The position numbers and the translations under genes are program-made. A stretch of DNA of 63,896 bases, counting the filler, from Neolecta irregularis DAH-3 (lineage: Eukaryota): the NCBI GenBank assembly GCA_001929475.1. It is 14 parts of 14 records of this genome, joined end to end, with 100 filler letters (N's around TTAATTAATTAA, not from the genome) between each part and the next. Parts side by side here need not be neighbours in the genome. Positions count along the whole stretch, not along the records: positions 62,185 to 63,896 come from LXFE01001168.1; 13 more parts are not named here. One strand, 5' to 3'. This document shows, one piece after another, positions 63,299 to 63,896 of the stretch. The notes below the pieces were generated by a model. The model searched no databases and was not told where the DNA came from. It saw only the letters and a list, made by a program, of their open reading frames with translations. Each line of letters begins with the position of its first letter. Position 1 is the first letter of the stretch.

Positions 63299-63896
63299 TC
63301 TCTTTTTTCGAACAAGCACTCTTGCGCCGACGCTCGATTCTGGTTAGAGTATCTGGAGACGGAAAAAGAGATTTCAGATGATCAAGATATGTCGTTGGGG
63401 TAAGACACGGGTCCAAAACGTCCTAATGGGAATTGCTATGTCCTCAGTGTTGGCAATGATCCTTGATAATTATACTTCCATGATCCATTCCATGCAATCT
63501 TTCCTTCCACTTTGTCTCTACCTGCGCTCAAACGTCCTGCCCGCTATCATCCCCACATTGTCTCAACACAATCACTGTCCGTGTCTTGAGACTGGTCTGG
63601 AAGAGAACTACCTTCAAATAGAAGGCGGCTAGAAGATTGTGTATTCGCCTGAATTGCCTTGTAGTGTGGCGCCAAACACCCCACCGAACACGTTTTGTGT
63701 TGACAGAAAAGAAAATCACATCATTTTAAAATCCAATATTCCCTGTTTTAGAATATCATGATATGTTGTTGTGGTGACTACAAAACGCAGCCTTTCCAAC
63801 AAGACATGTTCCTCAAGAGTGTTTGATTCCGCGTTGTTTCTCCAGTAACATCTCCAAATTCTCCCTGATTCCGTCCTTTATATTATAGTTCCCTTG

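Overview
Eukaryotic fungal draft-genome DNA. It is gene-dense, with very short introns (mostly 32-55 nt, often with degenerate GT donors) and a gene set suggesting an early-diverging ascomycete (Taphrinomycotina-like, possibly Neolecta; this assignment is inference). The window is 14 contigs joined by 13 artificial 100-nt linkers (N44-TTAATTAATTAA-N44), so adjacency across linkers is not biological; one contig is mitochondrial-type (rps3). Recognisable genes: NTO1/BRPF with a bromodomain, 2-hydroxyacid dehydrogenase, SSL1, BLCAP/BC10, carnitine acetyltransferase, Abp2, MDR enoyl-reductase-like, thioesterase, Adr1/Rst2-type C2H2 factor, UTP8, ASF1, RAM1, OLE1-like desaturase, KDM4/RPH1, Gfo/Idh/MocA oxidoreductase, DUF1640, SCL1, ABD1, PacC/RIM101, URH1, BCK1/Mkh1, a Zn2Cys6 factor and a 5S rRNA 3' half. 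RidA and MscS pseudogenes and much LTR/gypsy/hAT debris are also present. Most notable: three secreted proteins on three separate contigs, each beside transposon debris, share a signal peptide plus PAN/apple-like Cys header exon that ends in a phase-2 intron right after a Tyr codon and is spliced onto one of two unrelated C-terminal cargo exons. This looks like a modular, exon-shuffled effector family. Also notable: the ASF1 start codon is split by an intron (A|TG), and rps3 changes frame by +1 around a CTT-AGG site.
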